Source: Candidatus Anstonella stagnisolia (GTDB lineage Archaea; Micrarchaeota; Micrarchaeia; Anstonellales; Anstonellaceae). From it: DNA of 64,000 nucleotides. A program made the translations under genes and the position numbers. The stretch lies in contig CABMCJ010000002.1 in the NCBI GenBank assembly GCA_902384585.1, positions 156,179 through 220,178 on the forward strand. Reading direction: 5' to 3'. Under the pieces are notes generated by a model. The model did not search any database and was not told where the DNA came from. It worked only from the letters and a program-made list of their open reading frames with translations. This document shows positions 17,549-27,052 of the stretch, one piece after another. Every line of letters starts with the position of its first letter. The first letter of the stretch is position 1.

Positions 17549-18337
17549 TTACCAGCTCCAGAAATTCCCGATTATGTAAAGGAGGATGAGGGTGAGAAAA
17601 GGGAATGCGAACCAGAAGAAATTAATGGCTGCGGGCTTTTTGTATATGGGAAAAGAGCCGTTGTAGCCCCTGCTCTCAAGGGCCTCTGACGCCCTGCCCG
17701 CAAAATCAAGGCAGCGCAGGAACAGGCTGCCTGCTATTGTGCCGCTTGTGCGAATCGAATTTTTCATTCCCCTGAAGCCAAGGCGGCAGTCCGCTGCCAC
17801 AAACATTCCGGCTGCAAGCTCAAGGAGCATGAAGGAATAGCGGTAGATGAGGATGGTTATTTCAACTGCATAGGATGGGATTCGAAGCTGCAAAAGAGCT
17901 GCTGCGAAATGGGAAATCGGAGTGGAGGCTGCGAAAAATATGAGCACGAAAAAGCCTGCGAGCGAGCGCACGAGCACAAGGGAGGCCTTGGTTATGCCCT
18001 CAATGCTTGCGGCCAGTGTGAAGCCTGATGAAGAGACAGAGTATGCGGTTTCACCAGGGGTAACTATTGCAATCAGGAGCACGCCCGCAATTATCACCAT
18101 CGATGCGTTTAAGGCAAGCGCAATGAATATTTTTGGGAACTTGCCACGCGTGGAGTAAAGGAGAAGGGCAAGGGAGATTATGAGCACGAGAAGCGGCACA
18201 AGGATTGTTTTTGAAAGCAAAGAGCCGCACAAAAGCGATATGCACAGGAGAAGCTTCCCTAGAGGGGGCCAGTTTTTTGCAGCGCTTTCGTGCGCAAGTG
18301 GGTCAAGTCCGCTTCCTTTCATGCAATCGCCTTCCAT
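17549..18337 (-). CDS. nikQ: ECF transporter transmembrane (T) component, CbiQ/NikQ-like
   Basis: Polytopic membrane protein with a C-terminal ASEALESRGY motif characteristic of EcfT/CbiQ. It lies between the M/N and O genes. Confidence 0.7.
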   Translation of the reverse strand: MEGDCMKGSGLDPLAHESAAKNWPPLGKLLLCISLLCGSLLSKTILVPLLVLIISLALLLYSTRGKFPKIFIALALNASMVIIAGVLLIAIVTPGETAYSVSSSGFTLAASIEGITKASLVLVRSLAGFFVLIFFAASTPISHFAAALLQLRIPSYAVEITILIYRYSFMLLELAAGMFVAADCRLGFRGMKNSIRTSGTIAGSLFLRCLDFAGRASEALESRGYNGSFPIYKKPAAINFFWFAFPFLTLILLYIIGNFWSW

Positions 18338-18411
18338 TGAATCCGAAATACGGTCATTCCCATGCCCTTGCCTGCGCGCGCCAAAAGCCTGCTTGTTTCC
18401 ATATTGTAGCC

Positions 18412-18720
18412 TTAGTTTTTGTTCTCGCTTTTCCCTTTTTCGTACCCTATGAAGTAGCCGATTATGATGGCGCCTATTGAAGCCTGGAGCGCAAAAAGCA
18501 TGGACTCTGTTTCAGGCGGGGGTTTCCAGAAGGAAGAGAACCAGGGCTTGTAGTTTGGCGCCTGCTGCGCAATCAGGTCCCTGCCCGCATTGTCCGCACC
18601 GCCGAATTTTGCGTTGGGGTTGAGCAGGAAGGGAAGCGCAAAAAGGGCGAACATGAATGCCAATGCAAGCAGGTAGAGAAAACTGCGGTTTTTGAAAAGC
18701 GGGTTTTTGAAAAAATCCAT
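18412..18720 (-). CDS. nikN: Small two-TM component CbiN/NikN
   Basis: AKFGGADNAG...YKPWF...ESMLFALQASIGAIIIGY is the CbiN pattern. The start is trimmed to MDFFKNPLF. Confidence 0.7.
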   Translation of the reverse strand: MDFFKNPLFKNRSFLYLLALAFMFALFALPFLLNPNAKFGGADNAGRDLIAQQAPNYKPWFSSFWKPPPETESMLFALQASIGAIIIGYFIGYEKGKSENKN

Positions 18721-18724
18721 GGGC

Positions 18725-19456
18725 TCACTTCGTCTCAGGGGCATGTTTTGCGCCCCCGCCGCTTTCGTGCGCTTTTGCAGGCGCAGCATTTGCAAGCATG
18801 TCCTCGCCTATGAGGCTGCTTATTGCCTTTGGCTTGCTGCGAAGCAGGAAATCAAAGAACACAACAAAGAGCACGCCCTCGGCGATTGCTAGGGGCACTT
18901 GCGTGAGCGCAAACACTGTTGCGAACGTGAAGAAGGACGCGAGAAGGCTTGCACCGGGGTATGCGAGGGCAAGCTGCAGCGATGTCACGAGGTAGGTAAC
19001 CCAGTCCGAGAAGAGCGCTGCAAGGAAAACGCGCACAGTCCAGTGCAGCTTGAGCGGGCCGGTTGCCTTGAAAATTGCCCATGCAACAAGAGGGCCTGCG
19101 ATTCCCATTGAAAAAATGTCTGCGCCAAGGGTGGTTATGCCGCCATGCGCAAGGAGAACCGCCTGAAAAAGCAGCACTATGGAGGCAAGGAATGCGGCGA
19201 TTGCGGGGCCGTAGAGGATTGCCGCCATCCCTGTCCCTGTGGGGTGGGAGGACGAGCCTGTTACTGATGGGAGCTTAAGGGAAGAGAGCACAAAAATGAA
19301 CGCGCCGCTCACTGCAAGCAGTATTTTTTGCCTTGGGTCATTTCCCACAAGCTTCTTCACCCCCAGCATTCCCCATATCACAAAGGGTGCGCTAAGGAGG
19401 TACCAGAAGAGCGCCCATTCTAGGGGCAAAAATCCTTCCATAATGTGCATAGGCAC
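18725..19456 (-). CDS. nikM: ECF substrate-capture component CbiM/NikM
   Basis: The MPMHIMEGFLP N-terminus is the conserved CbiM/NikM MHIMEGxLP start; polytopic. Confidence 0.85.
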   Translation of the reverse strand: MPMHIMEGFLPLEWALFWYLLSAPFVIWGMLGVKKLVGNDPRQKILLAVSGAFIFVLSSLKLPSVTGSSSHPTGTGMAAILYGPAIAAFLASIVLLFQAVLLAHGGITTLGADIFSMGIAGPLVAWAIFKATGPLKLHWTVRVFLAALFSDWVTYLVTSLQLALAYPGASLLASFFTFATVFALTQVPLAIAEGVLFVVFFDFLLRSKPKAISSLIGEDMLANAAPAKAHESGGGAKHAPETK

Positions 19457-19473
19457 ACTTGGAGGAGAAGTAG

Positions 19474-19548
19474 TTATTAATACTTGTGTGAAAAGTTAAT
19501 AATGTAAAAAAGGCGTTTGCGCCGTGGGATGCCAAAAATCGTTATTAA
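19474..19548. promoter_or_regulatory. Candidate NikR operator: TTATTAA-N15-TTAATAA palindrome plus a third TTATTAA copy, in the nikM/nikR divergent intergenic region
   Basis: Half-sites at 19474-19480, 19496-19502 (inverted) and 19542-19548. They lie between divergent nikM (start 19456) and nikR (ATG 19562), in an AT-rich stretch. Confidence 0.35.
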
Positions 19549-19561
19549 GTGGGGTGGAAAT

Positions 19562-19948
19562 ATGACAAAAATATTGAGTTTTTCGCTTACGGACGAAGAA
19601 GCTGCGGAGCTTGAAGAGCTGCGCGAGGCAATGGGGATGGGAAGCCGCTCCGAAGTGCTGCGGGTTGCGCTTGCGAACTTGCGCGCGGACAAGAAGAGCC
19701 TTGAGGATGCGAAGGGCGACACGCACGCAATAATGCTGCTTGTGGGGAACCGCCACGCGGTTGATGCGAAACTGCACGACCTCAAGCATGAGTACGAGAA
19801 GAGCGTGCTCACGAGCATGCACAACGTGCTGCACGAGAAATGCATTGAGATGTGGCTTTTGCACGATGATGCGAAAAGGATTGCGCAGCTTGATGCGCTA
19901 CTTAGGAAAAACCGGCAGCTCACAACTGTGAAAACAATAGTATTCTGA
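19562..19948 (+). CDS. nikR: Nickel-responsive regulator NikR (ribbon-helix-helix plus C-terminal metal-binding domain)
   Basis: MTKILSFSLTDEEAAELEEL...SRSEVLRVAL is an RHH N-terminus. The C-terminal H/C-containing region (HAIMLLVGNRH...HEYEKS...HEKC) fits the NikR metal site. It is divergent from nikMNQO. Confidence 0.8.
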   Translation: MTKILSFSLTDEEAAELEELREAMGMGSRSEVLRVALANLRADKKSLEDAKGDTHAIMLLVGNRHAVDAKLHDLKHEYEKSVLTSMHNVLHEKCIEMWLLHDDAKRIAQLDALLRKNRQLTTVKTIVF

Positions 19949-19949
19949 G

Positions 19950-22649
19950 TTACTTGCGCTCCCCGTACTCCTGCATGAACTCGCCGTATTCGGCCAGGTC
20001 CTTTCTTGTGATGGAGGGGCGCCGTGAGCTTATGAGCGAGAGCATGTAGGAATTTGTGAGGCGCGCTTCCTTGCCTTTCAGGCCCGCGCGCACAAGGGAC
20101 ATTTTTGCCTCCTGGCAGATGGAGGAAATGTCTGCGCCTGAGAACCCGTCGGAGGCTGCTGCAAGCTTCTCGCAGTCCACCCCTGCGCCTTCCTGCCCTA
20201 AGTTCTGCGTGAATATTTGTTCCCTTGCAACAAGGTCGGGGGCAGGTATGTAAAGGATTTTGTCAAAGCGGCCAGGGCGAAGGAGCGCGGAATCTATCAT
20301 GGAAGGCTTGTTTGTTGCGCCTATGAGCATCACGTTCTTGAGCTCCTTTACGCCGTCAAGCTCCTGCAAAAGCTGCGTGAGCACGCCCGAAGAGGAATAT
20401 TCGCGGCTTGGCGCGAGGGCTTCTATTTCATCTATGAAAATGAGCGCGGGCGCCTGCTCGCGGGCGCGGTTGAAGGTTTCTTTTAGGATGTTAACAGAAC
20501 TCCCATATCCTTTTTTAGTAAGCTCTGCGCCTGAAAGGGAAAGGAATGTGGACTTAAGCTCGTTTGTTGCCGCGCGCACTATGAGGGTTTTGCCGCAGCC
20601 GGGCGGGCCAAAGAGAAGCAATCCCTTTGAGGGCTTTATCTTGAACTTCTTCATGAGCTCCTCGCCTTTGGGGGTGAGGGGGATTTCCATTGTTTCAAGC
20701 AGGGTTTGCTTTACTTTTTCCAATCCCGCAACGTCCGCCCAGCGCACTATGTCCTTGCTCTCTTCTGGCTTTTCCTCTACTTTGCCGCTTCTGCGCTCGA
20801 AATCAAGGCGGAACTTGTCGTAATCTTCGAGGGCATCTATTGAGGTTGAGGGGCGGATTGCCTTCAGGGCTGCGAGCAGCTGCTCCATGCGCACGGGTTC
20901 GACTTTTTTTGACTGCATCGCATCGCGCGCAGCCATGCGCGTTGCCTCTGTGCAAATGTTCTTTATGTCGGCGCCGGAATACCTCTCCGTCATTTTTCCA
21001 AGCTTCTCAAAATCTATCCCCTCCTCGTGCGGGACAGGGGACATGTGCACCTGGAAAATTTGCGCGCGCGCAGGCGCGTCTGGGAGGTGCATGTAAATTA
21101 TCTTGTCAAACCTCCCGGGGCGCATGAGCGCAGGGTCAAGCTGCTGCGGCACGTTTGTAGCGCCGATTACGATTACGTTTTTCTGGGACTTGAAGCCGTC
21201 AAGCTCCTCAAGGAACACGGAGAGGATGCGCGGCCCGACATCATCGTTGCTGTAGGAATCGCGCTTCTTCCCGATGGAGTCTATTTCGTCAAAGAAGAGC
21301 ACGCAGGGCGCCTGCTTGCGCGCCTTTTTGAAAATGTCGGACACGTTGCGCTCGGACTGGCCGTACCATTCTGAAAGCAGGTTTGAGCCTTTCACGTAGT
21401 AGAAGGGGATTTTGAGCTCTTTTGAGAGTGCGCGCATAAGGAGCGTTTTACCAGTGCCTGGCGGGCCGAAGAGCAGGATGCCATTCGGCGGCTTTATCCC
21501 GTACGCATATGCGATTTCCTTTTGCTTAAGGGGCGCAACAATGGACTCGGAGAGCTCGTTCTTCACGTCAGCATAGCCGCCTATTTCAGCCATGGACTCT
21601 GCGCCTGCGGAAGAAGAGAGGTCCGCCAAGCCCATTTCCTTGGACTTTGCATCGCGCATTATGGAATGCTCGCGCGTGAAGCTCATGTGGTGCTCCTCCA
21701 TGAAATATATCATGCCAAGGGAAAGCGCAAGGTAAAGGAACACTAGGGCATTGAAGGGGGCTGCCGGATAGATGAAGAATATCAGGAGGTTAACAATTGG
21801 AACGAGCGCGAGGGCTGCGCAGGAAATTGTCTGCTTGTACTTGTTCTCAAAGTGCGCTGGAAGGTATCCTATCAGGTAAAGCGCAACGCCCCAGGAAAGA
21901 AGCTGCAGGAATGCACTGTCGCGCAGGAAGAGAGTTATGATGTTCTGGGATACTTTTGGGAGTATTTTGTCCCCGAAATCGTTTATTATCTGGGCATTGA
22001 ACATTGAGGCAAGGGCGTTGCCAGCGGAAGAGAGCATGTCCGGGAAATCCACCGCGTTCAGTGAATTGCGGGAGAGCTCGCCAAGGGCTGGGCCGTAGTT
22101 TTCCTCAATGGAGGAAATCGGAAGGAAAGAGCCGTTCTCCGTGAGCCAAAGGGTGCACAGGAGCAGTATTATGAAAACTGCAGGGAGCGCGAGTGCGATT
22201 GATTTTTTTGAGCCTTCAACGAGCGCGCCCAATGCTAAGATGAGGAAAATGAAGCCTGAGAGAAGGGAGAAAGGGAAGGGCGCAAACGGCATGAAAATTA
22301 CGACTTGCAGGAACGCGATTATTTGCCAGTTTTCGTACATTTCAAAGAGCGTTGCCGCGAGGGGGAGCAGATAGAGCCACGCAAGGTGCGGGGACTGGTA
22401 TGCTATTGCAGGCAGCGTTGCAACCATTGAGAAGAGAAGCCCTGCAAAGCCTGCCTTGTAGGAGAGCGCTGCTGCGGCAAGTGCGATTATGGGGACGAAA
22501 TATACGGGGAAAAAGGGGAAAGTGAGGAGCGCGAAAAGCGCGCCGAAAAACACGAGCACAGAGCCCCACAGTTGTGAATCCTTTTGCGCGGATGCAACGA
22601 GTGCGCGGATGCGCATCTTGTCCATGTCCTTTAATGCAACTGCAGGCAT
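19950..22649 (-). CDS. Membrane-anchored tandem AAA+ ATPase (Cdc48/VCP-like D1-D2 behind a ~330-aa polytopic N-terminal membrane domain)
   Basis: Two complete AAA modules: D1 Walker A LLFGPPGTGKT, Walker B LFFDEIDS, SRH GATNVPQQLDPALMRPGRFD; D2 LLFGPPGCGKT, IFIDEIEA, GATNKPSMIDSALLRPGRFD. The N-terminal third is multi-TM and there is no protease domain. Confidence 0.8.
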   Translation of the reverse strand: MPAVALKDMDKMRIRALVASAQKDSQLWGSVLVFFGALFALLTFPFFPVYFVPIIALAAAALSYKAGFAGLLFSMVATLPAIAYQSPHLAWLYLLPLAATLFEMYENWQIIAFLQVVIFMPFAPFPFSLLSGFIFLILALGALVEGSKKSIALALPAVFIILLLCTLWLTENGSFLPISSIEENYGPALGELSRNSLNAVDFPDMLSSAGNALASMFNAQIINDFGDKILPKVSQNIITLFLRDSAFLQLLSWGVALYLIGYLPAHFENKYKQTISCAALALVPIVNLLIFFIYPAAPFNALVFLYLALSLGMIYFMEEHHMSFTREHSIMRDAKSKEMGLADLSSSAGAESMAEIGGYADVKNELSESIVAPLKQKEIAYAYGIKPPNGILLFGPPGTGKTLLMRALSKELKIPFYYVKGSNLLSEWYGQSERNVSDIFKKARKQAPCVLFFDEIDSIGKKRDSYSNDDVGPRILSVFLEELDGFKSQKNVIVIGATNVPQQLDPALMRPGRFDKIIYMHLPDAPARAQIFQVHMSPVPHEEGIDFEKLGKMTERYSGADIKNICTEATRMAARDAMQSKKVEPVRMEQLLAALKAIRPSTSIDALEDYDKFRLDFERRSGKVEEKPEESKDIVRWADVAGLEKVKQTLLETMEIPLTPKGEELMKKFKIKPSKGLLLFGPPGCGKTLIVRAATNELKSTFLSLSGAELTKKGYGSSVNILKETFNRAREQAPALIFIDEIEALAPSREYSSSGVLTQLLQELDGVKELKNVMLIGATNKPSMIDSALLRPGRFDKILYIPAPDLVAREQIFTQNLGQEGAGVDCEKLAAASDGFSGADISSICQEAKMSLVRAGLKGKEARLTNSYMLSLISSRRPSITRKDLAEYGEFMQEYGERK

Positions 22650-22801
22650 GGGAAACTAAGGGGAAGAAAAGTATATATAGCATCAGTAGGTAGGTGCGTT
22701 TTGCCGCTAAGCTTGCCGCAAGCGGCACGCATAAATAGTACTTAGTGCGCAGTATTTGCACTGAATAAATAATGAGGTGAAAAAAATGGAAACGGAAAGG
22801 G

Positions 22802-23056
22802 GTGGACTTTGCCAGGAGTGAGAGGAAGGTACTGAGAGTTTTAGCTACTTTTGAAAGTTTGACGCAGGGGGAAATTTCCGCGCTTGCGAAAATGCCGAAA
22901 AGGACGGTGCGGTTTGCGGTTTTGAAATTAAAGGAAAAGAGGATGCTTAGTGAATACCTTCACCTAGATGCAAGGATGAGCGCGTATTCTATAAAGGGAG
23001 CAAAAATTGGGGAGCGGATGCCTTCAGGCACTCCTGATGCGGGGCGGTTCCTATGA
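22802..23056 (+). CDS. Small winged-helix DNA-binding protein
   Basis: 84 aa with a GTG start per the ORF track. LTQGEISALAKMPKRTVRFAVLKLKEKRML is an HTH pattern. It overlaps the cysK start by 4 nt. Confidence 0.45.
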   Translation: MDFARSERKVLRVLATFESLTQGEISALAKMPKRTVRFAVLKLKEKRMLSEYLHLDARMSAYSIKGAKIGERMPSGTPDAGRFL

Positions 23057-23958
23057 AAGTCGCTCAAAACATTCTGGAGCTTATTGGGGAAACTCCTATG
23101 GTGAGAATAAACCGTCTTGCGCCTTCGCACGTAGAAATATACGCAAAGCTTGAGGGGCAAAATATCGGGGGAAGCGTAAAGGACAGGATTGCGCTTTCCA
23201 TGATAGAGGCTGCGGAAAGAGCGGGGGAGCTTGAGGGAAAAATCATCCTTGAGCCCACTTCTGGAAATACCGGAATCGGGCTTGCGATTGTTGCTGCTGC
23301 AAAGGGATATCCCTTAGTTGTGACAATGTCTGCAGGAGTGAGCGAGGAAAGGAAAAGGATGCTAAGGGCATTGGGCGCAACCGTAATTGAAACTGATGCG
23401 CTCAAGGGGACTGACGGGGCAATATTGAAGGCGCACGAAATTTATGAGAAGGAAAAGGGGAAATATTGGATGCCAAACCAGTTTGCAAATGTGAACAACC
23501 CGAGGGCGCACTATGAGGGAACTGCGCGGGAAATATTGGAGCAGGTGCCGGATTTGGACGTGTTTGTTGCGGGAATGGGCACGAGCGGGACGCTTATGGG
23601 AGTTTCAAGGAGGCTGCGCGAGCAGGAAAGAAAGATACGCATTATTGCAACCGAGCCGCAAATGGGGCACAAAATTCAGGGGTTAAAGAGCCTCAAGGAG
23701 GCGATTGTGCCGCAAATTTGGGAGGAGAAGGCGGTTGATGAACGGATAATCGTAAGTGACGCGGATGCATATGAGACTGCGCGGGAGCTCGCAAAAAAGG
23801 AGGGGATATTTGTGGGCATGAGTTCGGGAGGCGCGATGTGGGCTGCGCTTGAGGTTGCAAAGAAAATAAGGGGCGGGAAAATAGTCGTGATATTCCCTGA
23901 CAGGGGGGAGAAATACTTGAGCACTGCGCTCTTTGGGCAGCTCACTCCTGTGGCTTAA
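23053..23958 (+). CDS. cysK: Cysteine synthase / O-acetylserine sulfhydrylase (PLP-dependent)
   Basis: GGSVKDR (PLP lysine) and the TSGNTGIGLA glycine loop. It could equally be CysM or cystathionine beta-synthase-like. Confidence 0.85.
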   Translation: MKVAQNILELIGETPMVRINRLAPSHVEIYAKLEGQNIGGSVKDRIALSMIEAAERAGELEGKIILEPTSGNTGIGLAIVAAAKGYPLVVTMSAGVSEERKRMLRALGATVIETDALKGTDGAILKAHEIYEKEKGKYWMPNQFANVNNPRAHYEGTAREILEQVPDLDVFVAGMGTSGTLMGVSRRLREQERKIRIIATEPQMGHKIQGLKSLKEAIVPQIWEEKAVDERIIVSDADAYETARELAKKEGIFVGMSSGGAMWAALEVAKKIRGGKIVVIFPDRGEKYLSTALFGQLTPVA

Positions 23959-24655
23959 GCCAGTTTTTATCAAGATAGTCCCGCAAGCCTGTTTCAAGCT
24001 CTTCAAAGAGGGATATTTTTCTTGCATACTTTCGCGCACCTGCGTTTATTGCCCAGTGCAGCGGCCCGATGCGCAGAAGCGTGGTTGCGGACGTAATGCC
24101 TAGCGCCCCAGTCAATGCCGCGTTTGAAATCTCGTGCCTCACTGGGAGCCCGAAATATTTTAGCGCTCCCTTGAACCCTGATGCTACTGCGCTGGTTATG
24201 GGTTTCGTGAACTCAAAATCAAGGTTTGATTCCACTATTTTTGCCACTTCAGGAAGATTGCGCCCAAGGCAGATTGCAAGGACGGAAAATGCCGTGCCGC
24301 CTATTAAAAGGGTGCGCGCGAGCCACACTGCATTGCGCCTTCTTTTTTCCGGTGCCGCAATGATTTTTTCTGCAGCAGCATCAAGTGCGCTTTCAAGCGC
24401 AGCCTCCTGTTCTTTTCTGGTGCCCTTTTCGCCGGCTATTCCCCCAAGCGACTGCATCCTGTTTTCTTCCTTTCTTTCCGCTTTTGATGCGGCATCATAA
24501 AGCGACCTGAAAAATTGGCTTTGGAATCTTGTTTCCCATGCCTTGGGCTGGTTTGTTTTGGCGGAAACAGAGAATTTGGAGCTTTCTATAGCGGCTGACA
24601 GTTTGGGCTGTGAGGTTATCGGACTCATGGTTATCGTGATTATTAGTGTGTGCAA
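23942..24655 (-). CDS. Hypothetical protein
   Basis: 237-aa ORF with no motif I recognise. It overlaps the 3' end of cysK convergently by 17 nt. Confidence 0.35.
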   Translation of the reverse strand: MHTLIITITMSPITSQPKLSAAIESSKFSVSAKTNQPKAWETRFQSQFFRSLYDAASKAERKEENRMQSLGGIAGEKGTRKEQEAALESALDAAAEKIIAAPEKRRRNAVWLARTLLIGGTAFSVLAICLGRNLPEVAKIVESNLDFEFTKPITSAVASGFKGALKYFGLPVRHEISNAALTGALGITSATTLLRIGPLHWAINAGARKYARKISLFEELETGLRDYLDKNWLKPQE

Positions 24656-24672
24656 CTATTTAAAAATAAGTA

Positions 24673-25305
24673 TCATACTGGAACCCTTAGGAGCACGCCT
24701 ATTATGTAGCCTGCGATTGCAGCAAGCGTTCCAACTGCGAGCATCTCAAACCCGCTTGATTTCCAGTCGCCTATTGTCCATTTTGCCTTTAGTGCGCCTG
24801 TAAAGAAGAGCACGAGCATGGAGAGAAGTATGGATGCAATTGCTGCCTGCCATACCGGAAGCAGGAAGTAGGGGAAAAGCGGGATGAACGAACCAATCAT
24901 TGTGGAAACGCATACCTTGAGGGCCTTTGAAAAGGGGGCTGATGCCTCCTCTTCGTGGGAAAGGAGTTTTGAGCGCACGAGCGCGAGCTTTTTGGATGGG
25001 AGCGGGGAAATTTTTGAGAGGATTTTCTCTATATCGCTTCGCGTTAAGTCCGCTTCAAGCGCCCGCTTCTTTTCGCATGCGAGTGCGGCTTTTGTGGAAG
25101 TGTATGCGACCGCGCCCATTGAAATGCTCTCTGCGAACATTGCGGCTGCGCCGGATACTATAACGAGGGAGGGGTCTGCGGTTGCGCCCACTACGCCAAG
25201 GGAAAGCCCGAGCACGTTCACGAGGCCGTCCTGGCCGCCCAGGATTACGTCTTGGAGGTGGCGTGCGTTGTGTGAAGACATAAAACCAACCTGCGCAAAG
25301 CGCAT
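24673..25305 (-). CDS. VIT1/CCC1-family (DUF125) membrane transporter
   Basis: ILGGQDGLVNVLGLSLGV...AAMFAESISMGAVAY matches the VIT family motif. A C-terminal TM bundle follows. Confidence 0.65.
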   Translation of the reverse strand: MRFAQVGFMSSHNARHLQDVILGGQDGLVNVLGLSLGVVGATADPSLVIVSGAAAMFAESISMGAVAYTSTKAALACEKKRALEADLTRSDIEKILSKISPLPSKKLALVRSKLLSHEEEASAPFSKALKVCVSTMIGSFIPLFPYFLLPVWQAAIASILLSMLVLFFTGALKAKWTIGDWKSSGFEMLAVGTLAAIAGYIIGVLLRVPV

Positions 25306-25329
25306 TTTGTGCGCCCAGCCAATGTGCGC

Positions 25330-25959
25330 CTAGTCAAAATAGACTTTTTCCTCTCTCCAAGGGTATTTTGCCCACAGTATGTTGCGGTCAAGAAGCTGCA
25401 GGCCGTTGCGCGTTGCCTTGAGCTCTTTTGAGAAATATGCCTCGTACCTTCCCCCTACTTCGGAGTGGTAGGAGATTGAGATGAGCATTTTTGCGCCTTC
25501 CCTGCCCCCGAGCGCATTCTTTGCAAAAGAGGTTATGTCCTGCGTCCTTTCGTTGTTCCCGTTTGCAGAATCGCTCACGTCAAGGTGGTGGTCAAACACT
25601 TCGAGCTTTTTGCCCGCAAGCTCAAGCTCCATGCCAAGGTCGTATATCGGGTGCTTTATTGTCTTGTAGGAGAGCAGCAGGCGTTTTCCCTCGTACTCTA
25701 TTTTCCATATCAGGACTGGGCGCACTGCAAGCTCTGCAGCCGCAACGTCCTTTGTGCGCGAGGAGAGCACGTTCACGTATGCGAAGTACAGGAGGGAGAT
25801 TGTTGCGACTATGCCGATTGCCTGCAAAAGCACGTAGGACTGGTTGAAGGAGAGCGCGGAAACCATGTAGCCGTAAAGCACAAATGCAAGCAGGACAAGC
25901 AGCAGCGCAAGCGCAACGAAAATGTAGTTCGGCTTTGAAGCCAGCGGATGCCTTCCCAT
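25330..25959 (-). CDS. Hypothetical membrane-anchored protein
   Basis: Start trimmed to MGRHPL. Two N-terminal TM helices are followed by a soluble domain. No motif recognised. Confidence 0.4.
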   Translation of the reverse strand: MGRHPLASKPNYIFVALALLLVLLAFVLYGYMVSALSFNQSYVLLQAIGIVATISLLYFAYVNVLSSRTKDVAAAELAVRPVLIWKIEYEGKRLLLSYKTIKHPIYDLGMELELAGKKLEVFDHHLDVSDSANGNNERTQDITSFAKNALGGREGAKMLISISYHSEVGGRYEAYFSKELKATRNGLQLLDRNILWAKYPWREEKVYFD

Positions 25960-26001
25960 GCAGGCATTTGAGGTAGATATTTTAAATAGGTTGGGGAAAA
26001 T

Positions 26002-27042
26002 TTGGGTATGGGCAAAATACAATCAAGGAAGGAAGAGCACGTGAGGATATGCCTTGAAGAGGACGTGCAGTACGCGCGCGGGCCGGGCTTTTCGGACATT
26101 GAGTTTTTGCACAATTCCGTGCCTGAGCTTGACATGGGGAAAATTGACATTGGCACAAGCTTTTTCGGCAGGAAAATGGATGCGCCGCTCATAATAGACG
26201 GGATGACTGGGGGATACCCGAAGGCGAAAGAGATAAACAAGAGGCTTGCTGCTGCGGCTGCAGAGCACAACGTGCCATTTGGGCTGGGCAGCCAGCGCGC
26301 GATGGTGGAAAACCCCATTCTCACGCAAACCTATGCGGTGCGCGACGTTGCGCCGGATGTTTTCATAATAGGGAATATCGGGGCTGCGCAAATTGCGCAC
26401 TATCCAATTGCAAAGATAAAGAGCGCGCTTGAGGCAATTGATGCGAATGCGCTTGCGGTGCATTTGAATGCATTGCAGGAGGCAGTTCAGCCCGAGGGGG
26501 ACCGCAACTTCGAGGGAGTGCTGCACGCAATTTCAAGATTGTCGGATTCGCTCAAGATACCGATTATTGCAAAGGAGACGGGCGCGGGGATTTGTGCGGA
26601 CTCTGCGGTGCGCCTGAAGAACGCGGGAGTCCAAATGCTGAACGTTTCTGGAAGCGGGGGAACATCCTGGAGCAAAGTGGAATATTTGAGGGGAAAGCCT
26701 GTGGAAGGGTTTGAAGAATGGGGAATCCCGACTGTTGTGAGCATTGTTTCCTGCGCGCACCATCTTCCGCTAATTGCATCGGGAGGGGTGAGAAGCGGCT
26801 TGGATGCTGCCAAAGCAATTGCATTGGGGGCCAAAATGGCTGCTGGGGCGCATCCTTTCCTGGCTGCGAAAAATCCGGCGGACGAGATGGGGAAGTGGAA
26901 AATGCAATTAAGGACTGCGATGTTCCTTTCGGGATGTGCGAACCTTGAGAAATTGGGGAAGAGCCGCATATTCGTTACGGGAAGAACGAAGCAGCTTCTT
27001 GAATGCCTGCGCGTGGACGTAAGCGAGTATGCGATGCGGTAA
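26002..27042 (+). CDS. fni: Isopentenyl-diphosphate delta-isomerase, type 2 (FMN-dependent)
   Basis: RKEEHVRICLEE...FGRKMDAPLIIDGMTGG...GSQRAM...ASGGVRSGLDAAKAIALGA are the IDI-2 TIM-barrel motifs. Confidence 0.85.
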   Translation: MGMGKIQSRKEEHVRICLEEDVQYARGPGFSDIEFLHNSVPELDMGKIDIGTSFFGRKMDAPLIIDGMTGGYPKAKEINKRLAAAAAEHNVPFGLGSQRAMVENPILTQTYAVRDVAPDVFIIGNIGAAQIAHYPIAKIKSALEAIDANALAVHLNALQEAVQPEGDRNFEGVLHAISRLSDSLKIPIIAKETGAGICADSAVRLKNAGVQMLNVSGSGGTSWSKVEYLRGKPVEGFEEWGIPTVVSIVSCAHHLPLIASGGVRSGLDAAKAIALGAKMAAGAHPFLAAKNPADEMGKWKMQLRTAMFLSGCANLEKLGKSRIFVTGRTKQLLECLRVDVSEYAMR

Positions 27043-27052
27043 AAAGAGCCTG

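Noticed and set aside
22650-22800. Hairpin tgccgc-N14-gcggca in the intergenic region upstream of the AAA ATPase gene
   Set aside because: A short, single 6-bp stem in a promoter region. Not distinctive enough to call a regulatory element without comparative data.
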